This document shows positions 41,856-54,332 of a DNA stretch of 64,000 nt, piece after piece. Position 1 is the first letter of the stretch; every line of letters begins with the position of its first letter. The stretch is taken from contig CM075987.1 of NCBI GenBank assembly GCA_038087875.1, positions 23,624,001 through 23,688,000 of the forward strand. Reading direction: 5' to 3'. The position numbers were made by a program, and so were the translations under genes. The stretch comes from Malacoraja senta (Eukaryota). Below the pieces are notes generated by a model. It saw only the letters and a program-made list of their open reading frames with translations. It searched no databases and was not told where the DNA came from.

Positions 41856-43705
41856 AGTAAATTATATTTAATTACTTCGTATCCTCAGCCCCTTGGTTTG
41901 TAAACTTGCAATGAAAAAATTCTCATCTCATGAGCCAACACGTTATCCTCAGACAATGCTGCACGTGGAACCGCAGATGCTGGTTTACACCGAAGATAGA
42001 CACAAAATGCTGGAGTAGCTCAGTGAGACAGGCAGCATCTCTGGAGAGAAGGAATGGGTGACATTTCGGGTTTAGTCTGAAGAAGGGTGTCAACCCAAAA
42101 CATCACTCACTCCTTCTCTCCAGAGATGCTGCCTGTCCTGCTGAGTTACACCAGCATTTTGTGTCTGTCCTTAGACAATGCTCCCCGATTCCAAACTCCA
42201 CAGCCTGATGAAACGGCCTCTCTGCATCAACCTTGTCACACCTCACTTAGAACCTTGTAACCTTGTGGGATTTGCTCTCATTTTCAGGTGGGTAAGGATT
42301 AATTTTACTCAGTTTCTCCTCAAGGAATAAACTGTCCATCCCAGCAATCAATCTAAATTGGACAATCTCCTCGTCCTCCTTCATGGATGGAGACTACAAT
42401 GGAAAAACAGCAGTGCGGTGTTGCAGTCTCAGCAGGATCCTGCATAGCTGCAGCAAGTAGTTCTTATTCATTCACTCCATCATGCACGCCCGTTCCATTG
42501 CTCATGTACAATTCCGCAGTTCACAACCAATCCCATTTGTTTACTACTTTCTCACCATTTTAAACATGTTCTCTTTCTCTTTTTGTCACCAAGGTATATA
42601 CCTTTGCATGCTCCACATTATACTTGATCCGCCATCTTGTTGCACTTTCACTTAAATCTCCATCCCTTCAGATTCACTGCAGCTCACTTAGCTGTTAATG
42701 CAAACCAATGTCTCTCTCAAAAATAGATTACAAATAGCTGAGTGCCAACTACTCATGCCTGTGATAACCTACCAATTGTAGCCCGCCAACATAAAAATGG
42801 TCCTTTATTCTAATGGCTTCTATCCTTTATCCAAGATTCTTTTCAATATATTGCCCAAATCCAATGATCCTTTATTTTATGTTACAACCTTTGAATTTCA
42901 TATGTAATAAAGTGCTTACAAGTTGTACTGGTGATGAAAACGGCAATGAGCGAAGTAGTGGAAATTGTTGTGGAATAAAATGGGGAGATTAAAGAAGCAA
43001 AAAAAACCTCTATCATTCCATCAAACAAATGGGGGATGATTCTTGCAAAGTTCAGGTCATGGTACTGCTGCTCTGAAACAAATAACAGATTTGTGGTGAC
43101 TTTTCAGTGGCAACACTGCCACCCCTTCGGCCCATCGACTCCGCACCGACCAGTGATCTCTGCACACTAACACCATCCTACACACACTAGGGACAATTTA
43201 TAATTATCTCACGCCAATTCACCTACACACCTATATGTCTTTGGAGCGTGGGAGGAAACGGGAGATCCCGGAGAAAACTCGCGCAGGTCATGGGGAGAAC
43301 GTACAATCTCCGTACAGACAGGTACCCGTAGTCAGGATCAAACCCGGGGGTCTGGTGCTGTAAGGCAGCAACTCTACTGTTGCGTCACCGTGCCACCCAA
43401 TTGGTATTTCTGCTGCCTCTCACTTTGTGATAATATTTCCAAAATATCATATTACACCCTACTTTCACCCATCTGGGACAGTGACTGACACCTGGCTACA
43501 ATTCCACAGGCCTTCTACTGCCTCAGCATTCGTTGTGTGAAAGTAGCTGAGCTCTAGTGGGATGCTGTGGTACAGTCTGACACTATCTCTGCAAAACAAA
43601 GGGTCACTAGGCAGTTATTGTGAACCTTGACATGCTCTTTCTAACATTCCACTCCTATTTGTAAATCCAAGGGCTAATTTAATTTAGTTTAGAGATACAA
43701 CGTGG

Positions 43706-44759
43706 AACTGTCCTTTTCAGAATGGCAGGCAGTGGCGAGTGGCGTGCCGCAAGGCTCGGTGTTGGGGCCGCAACTGTTTACCATATATATTAATGATTTG
43801 GAAGAGGGAATTAGGAGCAACACTAGCAAGTTTGCAGATGACACAAAGCTGGGTGGCAGTGTGAACTGTGAAGAGGATGTTAGGAGGTTGCAGGGTGACC
43901 TGGACAGGTTGAGTGTGTGGGCAGATGCGTGGCAGATGCAGTATAATATAGATAAATGTGAGGTTATCCACTTTGGTGGCAAAAACAAGTGGGCAGATTA
44001 TTATCTCAATGGGATTAGGTTAGGTAAGGGGGAGGTACAGCAAGACCTGGGTGTCCTTGTGCACCAGTCACTGAAAGTTGGCGTGCAGGTACAGCAGGCA
44101 GTGAAGAAAGCTAATGGAATGCTGGCCTTCATAACAAGAGGATTTCAGTATAGGAGTAGAGAGGTTCTTCTGCAGTTGTATAGGGCTCTGGTAAGACCAC
44201 ATCTGGAGTATTGTGTACAGTTTTGGTCTCCTAATTTGAGGAAAGACATCCTTGTGATTGAGGCAGTGCAGCGTAGGTTCACGAGATTGATCCCTGGGAT
44301 GGTGGGACTGTCATATGAGGAAAGATTGAAAAGACTAGGCTTGTATTCACTGGAGTTTAGAAGGATGAGGGGGATCTTATAGAAACATATAAAATTATAA
44401 AAGGACTGGACAAGCAAGATGCAGGAAAAAAGTTCCCAATGTTGGGCGAGTCAAGAACCAGGGGCCACAGTCTTAAAATAAAGGGGAGGCCATTTAAGAC
44501 TGAGGTGAGAAAAAACGTTTTCACCCAGAGAGTTGTGAATTTGTGGAATTCCCTGCCACAGAGGGCAGTGGTGGCCAAATCACTGGATGGATTGAAGAGA
44601 GTTAGATAGAGCTCTAGGGGCTGGTGGAATCAAGGGATATGGGGAGAAGGCAGGCACGGGTTATTGATTGGGGATGATCAGCCATGATCGCAATGAATGG
44701 CGGTGCTGGTTTGAAGGACCGAATGGTCTCCTCCTGCACCTATTTTCTATGTTTCTATG
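43706..44759 (+). mobile_element. CR1/HER1-like LINE 3' fragment with RT domain
   Basis: GVPQGSVLGP and KFADDTKL RT motifs; frameshift near 44375; 3' tail TTTCTATGTTTCTATG. Confidence 0.92.
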
Positions 44760-45539
44760 AGACAGGACTTTCAGCCCAACCATTGATCAATCACCTGTTC
44801 ACAATAAGTCTATGTTACCCACTTTCTCATCCACTCCCCACACGAGGGTCAATTTACAGCAGCCAATTAATCTACAAACCCTCATCTCTCTGAGATTTGG
44901 AAGGAAATCAAAGCACTTGGAGGAAACCCACGCAGTTACATGGAGAATGTGCAAATTCCACATAGACAGCTTCCGAGGGTGGGATCAGACCCGGGACTGT
45001 GCAATGTGAGGCAGTGGCTCTACCACCTGCATTACTGCCTCCAGATCAGATATGGAATTCAGATCCACAAACTACTTAGTGACCCCAAATGTAGACCAAC
45101 GACCGTGAGAAAAATGAGTCTCGACGAAATGGAAAGCTGTTGGAAATTGCAGGAAAACAAAAAGGGATGAAGAAAGGGATTCGGGGGTATGGTGGGGGAG
45201 GGAGAATAATGGAGATGAGACTCATTAGGAGGGTTATCAATCATTGCAACTGAAGATATGGAGGAGACATGGATAATGTGGAATTTGGGGATGGAGAAAT
45301 AGGGGAGCTGCCTGGGGAATGGGGTGGGATTACAGAGAATGTGGTTTGGGGAAATAGAGGGCTCCCTGGGGAGGAGGCGGTGGGATTACAAAGAGGGTGG
45401 AGGCAGGATTGTGAGGAAGGTGGGGGAATAGTGGGGGCTTCCTAGAGTGGCGGGTGGAATTAAGGTGGTGGGGTGGGATTATAAGGGATGTGGATGAAAT
45501 TATAAAGGTGGGGTAATAGATTAAATATAGGGTGGTGTA

Positions 45540-46290
45540 GGATTATGAAGACGGTGGGTGGGATGATAAAGGGGTGGGATGATAAAGGGGTGGGATGATG
45601 AAGGGGGTGAGGTGTGATGATGAAGACGGTGGGGGGGGATGATGAAGGGGGTGGGTGGGGTGGGATGATGAAGGGGGTGGGTGGGGTGGGATGATGAAGA
45701 CGGTGGGTGGGATTATGTAGGGGGTGGGGTGGGATTATGTAGGGGGTGGGGTGGGAATTTGAAGGGGGTGAGATTATGAAGGGGGTGTGGTGGGATTGTA
45801 AAGGCGGTGGGGTGAGATTATGAAGACGGTGGGTGGGATTATGAAGACGGTGGGGTGGGATTATGAAGACGGTGGGGTGGGATTATGAAGGGGGTGGGGT
45901 GGGAATTTGAAGGGGGTGAGATTATGAAGGGGGTGTGGTGGGATTGTAAAGGCGGTGGGATTATGAAGACGGTGGGGTGCGATTATGAAGACGGTGGGGT
46001 GGGATTATGAAGACGGTGGGGTGGGATTATGAAGGGGGTGGGGTGGGAATTTGAAGGGGGTGAGATTATGAAAGGGGTGTGGTGGGATTGTAAAGGCGGT
46101 GGGGTGAGATTATGAAGACGGTGGGTGGGATTATGAAGACGGTGGGGTGCGATTATGAAGACGGTGGGGTGGGATTATGAAGGGGGTGGGGTGGGAATTT
46201 GAAGGGGGTGAGATTATGAAGGGGGTGTGGTGGGATTGTAAAGGCGGTGGGGTGAGATTATGAAGACGGTGGGGTGGTATTATGGGGGAG
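45540..46290. repeat. G-rich minisatellite, ~22-bp unit GGTGGGGTGGGATTATGAAGAC, with a ~148-bp higher-order repeat
   Basis: Marker variant GAATTTGAAG recurs at 45755, 45903, 46047 and 46195. Confidence 0.92.
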
Positions 46291-46647
46291 GTGAGTAGGA
46301 TTATAGATAGAATATTAGGTGGGGGGGGGGGCATTCCTGGTGGAGGAATTATAAAGAGAGCTGGTGGGGGGTGGGGGGTAACAAGGGGTCTCCAGGGAAG
46401 GTGGGGTGAGATTGTAGCGAGGATAGTTTGTTGGGGGAGGTGGGAGGTGGGAGGAGGAGGGAGGTGGGAGGTGGGAGGAGGAGGGAGGGGGGAGTTGGAA
46501 TCCACGACCCAGTCACTTGTGATGTCTAGAGAAGCGAATGCTCTGGATTAGCCCCTCTCTCGGGGTCGGGGTCGGGGTCGGGGTGGTAGTGGTGCCTGAG
46601 CCCCCTGAGCCCCCGGGCCCACGCTCCGTCCGTCCGTCCACTCCTAC

Positions 46648-46870
46648 CTGGCGCTGCTGCTGCTGCTGTTGCTGTTGCTGCTACCGGCGCCTCTCGCTGG
46701 AGCTGGGGGTTGAGGGAAGGAGGGATGATGGAGGAGGAGGAGGGGGTGGGCTGGCTAGTGTTGCTGCTGTCGCCGCCGCTCCTGGTGCAGCCCGGGCCCG
46801 GAGCTCCAGCCGCCGCCGACGCCGCTCCTGCGACTCGAGGTGGCGGGAGGCCCGAGTGCGCATGCGCCGC
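46648..46870 (-). promoter_or_regulatory. WDR5: WDR5 CpG-island promoter and probable non-coding exon 1
   Basis: CpG-dense block ~46540-46980. Minus-strand donor CAG|gtagga at 46648/46647. NRF1-type motif TGCGCATGCGC at 46857-46867. Interrupted CAG/CAA tract at 46653-46683. TSS position is inferred. Confidence 0.72.
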
Positions 46871-47063
46871 GCCAACCCCCCGCTCCCGGGCCCCGGCCAA
46901 CGAGCTGCCGCCGCACAAGAGTAGACCCCGAGTCTTGGTCCTCCCGCGCCAGCCGCCCCCTGCCGCCGGAGGACCGCAAGCTCATTCAGTTGAGTTGAAT
47001 TGAATTGAATAAGTCAAGTCTGTATACATACAAGGAATTTGCCTTGTTTAAGAAGTTAACTGC

Positions 47064-47413
47064 TGGGAGGTAAAATAAAAACAGACTTGGTTGGTAGTTC
47101 CTTCTCTATGAAGTATGGTATAAGAATTATAATAGAGCGATTGTTCCTTCTTTCCTTCTCTTTTTTTTTCTAGGGTCTATTTTCTAACTTTACTTCCTTC
47201 TCTAACTTCTTTTCTAAGGGGCTTTCTTTTCCCAACACTCTTTTGCACTTCACAACCTTTGTGCACTTTCTTCACTTTTCTTACTTCTTTCTTTTTCTTT
47301 CTTAAAGTTTAAAAAAGTGAAGCGGTACAAAAAATGTATTAATATATACGTGTTGTACATTACTGTAATCTACCGTACTTCTAAAAAATAAAAAAATAAA
47401 AAAAAAAAAAAAA
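47064..47413 (+). mobile_element. L1 3'UTR fragment with poly(A) tail
   Basis: Similar to 20975-21290; 14-bp TSD AAGAAGTTAACTGC at 47050-47063 and 47414-47427. Confidence 0.8.
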
Positions 47414-50400
47414 AAGAAGTTAACTGCAGATGCTGGAAAATCGAAGGTAGACAAAAATGGAGCATCTATGGAGCGAAGGAAATAGGCAACATTTAAGTAA
47501 GTAAGTTTATTGGCCAAGTATTCACATACAAGGAATTTGCCTTGGTGCTTCACCCACAAGTAACAAGTATTTCAGGTCGAGACTGAAGAAGGGTGCTGAA
47601 GCAAAGCAAGAATTTCATTGTCCTATCTGGGACACATGACAATAAACTCTCTTGACTTGACTTGACCCGAAACGTCGCCTATTTCCTTCGCTCCATAGAT
47701 GCTGCCTCACCCGCTGAGTTTCTCCAGCATTTTTGTCTACCAAGGAATTTGCCTTGGTGCTTTGCTCGCAAGTAACAACACGATATACAATAGATCAATT
47801 AAGAATAAAACATTATAATTTAAACATGTGAAAAGTGAAATAAATTTCAAAAGGAGGCTGCAGACTTTTGGTTGTTGAGTAGAGCTACTACTCATGGAAA
47901 AAAGCTGTTTCAAGGCCAGATAGTGGGTCCAATGGTACTTACTTAATGAGAGACACTATCAATAACTTTACTGGTACTTTATTGATAGGCCTGAAGAAGG
48001 GTCTCGACCCGAAACGTCACCCGTTCCTTCTCTCCAGAGATGCTGCCTGTCCCGCTGAGTGACTCTGCATCTGCAGTTCCTTCCTGGACATTTGATTCTT
48101 TATTGATGCTTTTTTTATATGGTACAAATAATACTTTTTTGCATATCTTTCATTCATTGTTCTATATCTCTCCACATCATTGTCTATATCTCTCGTTTTC
48201 CATTCCTGTGACTTTCGGTCTGAAGAAGGGTCTCGACCTGAAACGTCACCCATTCCTTCTCTCCAGAGATGTTGCCTGTCTCGCTGAGTTACTCCAGCTT
48301 TTTGTGTCTATCTTTGTAATTTATTGATACTTTACCGAAGATAGACACAAAATACTGGTCTGCTACCAGTCAAAAACTGAACTGCAGATCCTGGTTTATA
48401 CCGGAGATAGGTAGCACAGTGGCACAGCATTAGAGTTGCTGCTTTACAACACAAGAGACCTGGGTTTGTTCCTGACTATGGGTGCTTGTCACCACAAAGT
48501 TTGTACGTTCTCCCCGTGACCAGTGTGAGTTTTCTCCGGGTGCTCCGGTTTTCTCCCACACTCCAAAGATGTACAGGTTTGTAGGTGAATTGACTTCCGT
48601 AAAATTGTAAATTGTCCCTAGTGTCTGTAGGATAGTGTTAGTGTGTGGGGATCACTGGTTGGCGTGGACTCGGTGGGCCAAAGGGCCTGTTTCCAGGCTG
48701 TAACTCTACAAAATAGACAGTGCTGGAGTAACTCAGCGGGTCAGGCGGCATCTCTGGAGAAAACAATGGGTGATGTTTTGGGTTGGAATCCTTCTTCAGA
48801 CAGAATTACAATTTGGAGATTTGATCCGTTAATCCAGACAGCACAATTATGAGCGTAGGGTTCTGAAGAACGTTCCGACCAAAAATGTCACTCATCAGTT
48901 TTCTCCAGAGATGCTGCCTGGCCCGAGGAGTTACTCCAGCATTTAGTGTCTACAGTAAAAATCTGTTTTGTATACAATGCAGTAAAATGTTAAGCATATC
49001 ATACTAATTACAATAATGCAAAATTTGGAAAGGAGATGAGGAATTTCTTTAGTCAGAGGGTGATGAACACATAGAATTTATTGCCACAGATGGCTGTGGA
49101 GTCCAAGTCATTGGGTACTTTTAAGGTGGAGATTGACAGATTCTTGATTAGTCCGTGCGTCAATGGTTATGTGGAGAAGGCAGAAGAATGGCGTTGAGAG
49201 GGAAAGATAGATCAGCCATGATTGAATGGTTGAGCAGACTCGAGGGGACGAACAGCCTCATTCTGCTCCTCTGACTTATGAAGTGTAAGAATAGTACATG
49301 CAACAAATTGTACAGTGTAATGAATGTAGTGTAAGAATAGTAACATGACGGCTCTGTTTGTACTGAGGCAGTAGGCAAAGAGTCGCCATGTTCTGGTGCC
49401 ATCTTGTGCCCTTTGCTTGAAGGTTTTTAAAAATGTAGTATCTTATCTTGGCCTTGAGGCCCGTTGTCCTGGTGAATATACTGAGACGGTGTTGCAGTGG
49501 TCAGCCCGGCAATGCTGTCAATGTTCTCTACTGCTGCTGTGCCATGGTGAGAGAAGATTAAAGAAAGATCTTGAAAAAAGATTAGACAGCATATAAAATA
49601 TAAGGGGATAAAATAAGCCCTTGGAAAGGAAACATTTACAGGTCTGTGTTGCATGCACAGGACACAATGCACATATCCAATAAAGAGCAATACAAAAATG
49701 AATGGACCGGATGGATTTTTTTCATGCTCAGTCTGCCCAGTTCATTGTTTTATCATTAATGTTTTATGTGTCATTCCTAACTGTCACTGTATGTCATTGT
49801 CACTTGCGGGCAGAGCACCAAGGCAAATTCCTTGTATGTGAATACTTGGCCAATAAACATATTCATTCATTTATTCATTGGCCTGTTTCTCATATTTACA
49901 AATGATGATCCACCTGCAACAGCACAATGGGGGGTACTGCAGAGGTCTCTGTAGATTTGTTGTGGTCCAAATACACAGCCAAGATGTGGAGATGAAGGCA
50001 GGAAAATGGGGTTAGGAGGGAGAGATAGATCAGCCTTGATTGAATGGCGGAGTAGATTTGATGGGCCGAGTGGCCTAATTCTGCTCCTATTACTTACGAA
50101 GATATAACCGTAAGAGGCAAAAGAAGGGGAAAAAAGTTAGCCCTGAACAATGGGAAAGGAGGATGTAAAATAACAGGTATTACATCTCCTGCAGTCTCAC
50201 AGGAAGTTGAGGTGGAAAGGGTAGCTAGTGTTACTTGTATTGAATGAGTAAATCAAAACATTCCAGAGGGGACAGTCTCACATCAGAAGGATATGTCATG
50301 ATGGTTACATTTAACATAATGCTGCTAGAGCTTCCCTTGTACCAGACTATCTGAAATGCTAGGCTTTCTAGGCATTCCTTACTATTTCCGAATACAACTA

Positions 50401-52074
50401 AAGGGCTGTGATGTGTATTTCAAAGTTCCAGCAGTTTTCTGTTTACTTTACTTTAGAGATACAGCGTGGAAAATGGCCCTTCGACTCACCGGGTCCGCGC
50501 TGACCAACGATCACCCACACACTAACACTATCCTACACACTGGGGACAATTTACAGGAGCCAATTAACCTACTAACCTGCACTTCATTGGAATGTGGGAG
50601 AAAACCGGAGCACTCGGAGAAAACCCACGCGGTCACAGGGAGAACGTACAAACTCCGTACAGACAGCCTTTGAGGTCAGGATCAAACCCAGGTCTCTGGC
50701 GTTGTAAGGCAGCAACTCTACTGCTGCGCCGTCCTGTTCTGTACTCCCTTTATTTAAACCCCCTTTAGACATAAAAACCAATAGTTGCAAGCTCAGTTAA
50801 TATATTTAATACAGCATCATAGAAAGATACAAAGTGCTGGAGTCTGCATTTTTTTTTTACCAGCATCTGCAGTTCCTTGTTTCTACATACAGTCATAGGC
50901 ACATGTAGAATAGATTAAGATGTTAGTCAGCCAAGATCTTATTGAATGTCCAAACAGGTTTGACAGACCGAATCATTTACCCGGGTTCTCATGTTGCTTA
51001 GCTATATATTTTGTTCAAGTTTTCTGCTTTGTTACATTAAGTTTATAGAAAACCATTGGGGATGCGGAGAGGTTGCTTTCCTGTCAGGGATCAAGTTCCA
51101 GAAAGAAATTCCACTGTTAAACTAAAAAAATTATTGTTGCTCTGAAATACCCCTCGCATCCTCTTGCGACTCCCACTGTTTGGGAGAAAACTGGGCTGAA
51201 GCTCACAGATGTGTAGGGTGGAACTGCAGATGCTGGTTTACACCGAAGATAGACACAAAATGCTGGAGTAACTCAGTGGAACAGGCAGCATCTCTGGAGA
51301 GAAGGAATGGGTGACGTTTCGGGTCGAGACCCTTCTTCAGACTGACTGCCATATGCTGATGGATGCTTTCGAGGGGCAAGGAAACAGAATGCTCATTGTA
51401 CAGTAAGAGTCCGATAGCTGATTGTATAACACCAATAGTGATTGTGTTTACAGTCCTTATTGCTGCTGCATGTAAGAATTTAATTGTTCTGTCATTGGTA
51501 CACGTAACAATTAAACACTCTTGACTCACGGCAAGAGGTCGAAAGATTGATAAAGTGCCCCACTAAGTCTTCAACTGCATTTTGTTGTTTTTCTGATTTT
51601 TTTTATTTTTATTGTTTTTTTCCCCCCCTTTTTCCTTCCGCCCACAATATTTAATATGTAAAAGAATATGTGATTCTATTCTTCCATTCTGTTTGTAGTT
51701 TGTTTGTTTGTTTTTTTTGCACACAGTCCGCGAGCATTGGCACTTTTCATTTCACTGCACATCTCGTATGTGTATGTGATGAATAAACTTGACTTGACTC
51801 GATTGGTTAAACAAACTTTAAAGTATTATTTGCATCCAGATCAATAAAGTGACATTAGCTTAGAAATTAGAACCATTCACACCAAGTTTAAGGAAATGTT
51901 AAAACGTCTTGGCTTAAATTTAAAACTACAAAAGTGAGACTGACATATGTGTTGTGTAGCAGTATTTAGGATTACAGAACAAAGGTGGATAAATGGAGTA
52001 CAGATACACCTATAGCCCATTTGAATGGTTTGAGAATAGAACAAGCTCCTCAATTAACTATTTTAGTCCAACTG

Positions 52075-52835
52075 CTTATTGTCTTGGTATTGGTATTGTA
52101 CAAGTCATACTCTACATGTAGACTCTCAAGCCATACACAAGTACAACAGATATTGCAGAGAAAAATATCAGAGTGCAGAATATATTATTACAGCAATATA
52201 GCTATAAAGTGCAAATAAAAAAATGCTTTCAAGCTTTTGAACTGTCTGCCTGATGGGAGAGGGGAGAAGAGAGAATGGCCGGGGTGGAAGGTGAGGGGAT
52301 GGTTCTTTATATTGTTGGTTGCTTTCAAGGCAGTGTAAGGTGTAGACAACGTCCATGGTAGGAGGCTGGTTTGTACGATGGAATGGACAACATCCACAAC
52401 TCTCTGCAGATCCTTACAGTCTTGGGCAGAGCTGTTGCCAAACCAAGTTGTGATGATTTCTATGCTGCATCTGCAGAAGTTGGTGAGAGTGGTTGGGCAC
52501 ATGCTGAACGTCCTTGGTTTTCTGAGGAAGTAGAGGTGTTGGTGTGCATTATTTGCCATGGGTTCAATGTGGGTGGTCCAGGACAGATCGTTGGTGATAT
52601 TTATACTTATAAGCTTCAATCTCTTTATCATTTCCACTTTGGCACCTCCTTTCCCGAGGTCAATAACTAGGTCCTATCTCTTGCTGCTACTGTGGGGAAG
52701 GTTGTTGCCTTGACACCATGCTACAAAGCTCTATCTCCTTCCTATATTCTCTCATCAATGTTTGAGATCCGGCCACTACGGGTATAATTTGCAAACCTGT
52801 AAATGGAGTTAGAGTAGACTTTGGCTGCACACCCG
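52075..52835 (-). mobile_element. Rex1/Babar-like LINE fragment
   Basis: NITNDLSWTTH...AHQHLYFLRK...TLTNFCRCSIE; (CAATAC)n tail. Confidence 0.75.
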
Positions 52836-53000
52836 TGAATGTACAAGGTTGTTATTTAATTGATGTCTCTCCTTGTGTAGTGATCCCGTAAAACAAATAC
52901 AGCATAAGTAGACTCTTTCAGATTGATATTTAACAAGACATGTAACGAGGACTGAACTAGCCAACAAACATATTTTATTGAAGACAGTCAACAGTACCAG

Positions 53001-53605
53001 TACCTCCTGTATATCGGCGAGACAAAGCGCAGGCTTGGCGATCGTGCCGCTGAACACCTCCGCTCAGGCCTTAACCTACCTGATCTCCCGGTTGCTCAGT
53101 ACTTCCCCTCCCATTCCCAATCTGACCTTTCTGTCCTGGGCCTCCCCCATTGTCAGAGTGAGTTCCAGCGCAAATTGGAGGAGCAGCACCTCATATTTCG
53201 CCTGGGTAGCTTACACCCCGGCAGTATAAACATTGGCTTCTCAAATTTCAAATAGCCTTTGCTTTCCCTCTCTCTCCATCCCCTCCCCCTTCCCAGTTCT
53301 CTCACGTCTTACTGTCTCCGACTATGTTCTATCTTCAGTCTGAAGAAGGGTTTCGGCCCGAAACGTTACCTATTTCCTTCGCTCCATAGATGCTGCTGCA
53401 CCCGCTGAGTTTCTCCAGCATTTTTGTGTACCTTTTATGTTCTATCTCTGTCCCGCCCACACCGCTGACATCAGTCTGAAGAAGGGTCTCGTCCCGAAAC
53501 GTCACCCATTCCTTCTCTCCAGAAATGCTGCCTGTCCCGCTAAGTTACTCCAGCATTTATTGTCTACCTTCGATTTAAACCAGCATCTGCAGTTCTTTCC
53601 GAAAC
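53001..53605 (+). mobile_element. Degenerate Penelope-like 3' fragment with a nested ~101-bp PLE-end insertion (53335-53435)
   Basis: LYIGETKRRLGDR-like sequence. The nested piece is flanked by a 12-bp TSD TATGTTCTATCT. Confidence 0.8.
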
Positions 53606-54122
53606 AGTACTGGTTGGTACAATAGGGTATGAAAAGTCTCACCATAAGGTATAATTCTTAAATATGCATGAATACTCAGGTTACACTACATCAAACTACC
53701 TATTTGTCCTGTAATAGGATTACAAGTATAAACTATCTTATTCGTTAGTATAGATAAACATGTTAGTTAAGTGTTTGAGTAACTGGACAATATTGTGCCA
53801 GTCGAAATTCTACACCTGAAGCAACGTGTTGTATTGTCAAAGGTTTAGATTTCAATGGGATAAATACTGCCCCAGTGCCGTCACAACTGAGTTCCAGAAG
53901 GTATAAGACATACCCAAATGGGCGGCACGGTGGCGCAGCGGTAGAGCTTGCAGCGCCGGAGACCCGGGTTCAATCCTGAATGCGGGTGCTGTCTGTACGG
54001 AGTTTATTCATTCTCCCCGTGACCTGTGTGGATTTTCTCCGAGATCTTCGGTTTTCTCCCGCACTCCAAAACAACGTACAGGTTTGTAGGTTAATTGGCT
54101 TGCGACAAATGTAAATTGTCCC

Positions 54123-54332
54123 AAAGGTAGACAAAAATGCTGGAGAAACTCAGCAGGTGAGGCAGCATCTATGAAGCGAAGGAATAGGTGACGTTTCGGG
54201 TCGAGACCCTTCTTCAGACCCTTCGTCACCTATTCCTTCCCTCCATAGATGCTGCCTCACCCGCTGAGTTTCTCCAGCATTTTTGTCTACCTTCAATTTT
54301 TCCAGCATCTGCAGTTCTTTCTTAAACACAAA
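54123..54332. mobile_element. Fold-back PLE-derived insertion inside a SINE
   Basis: Inverted arms; 11-bp TSD TAAATTGTCCC at 54112-54122 and 54333-54343. Confidence 0.82.

Noticed and set aside
43702..44382. 226-aa RT ORF as an active or host gene
   Set aside because: 5'-truncated CR1 fragment with a frameshift near 44375.
46131..47003. Several Pro/Gly/Ala-rich ORFs
   Set aside because: By-products of the minisatellite and CpG island; no domain signal.
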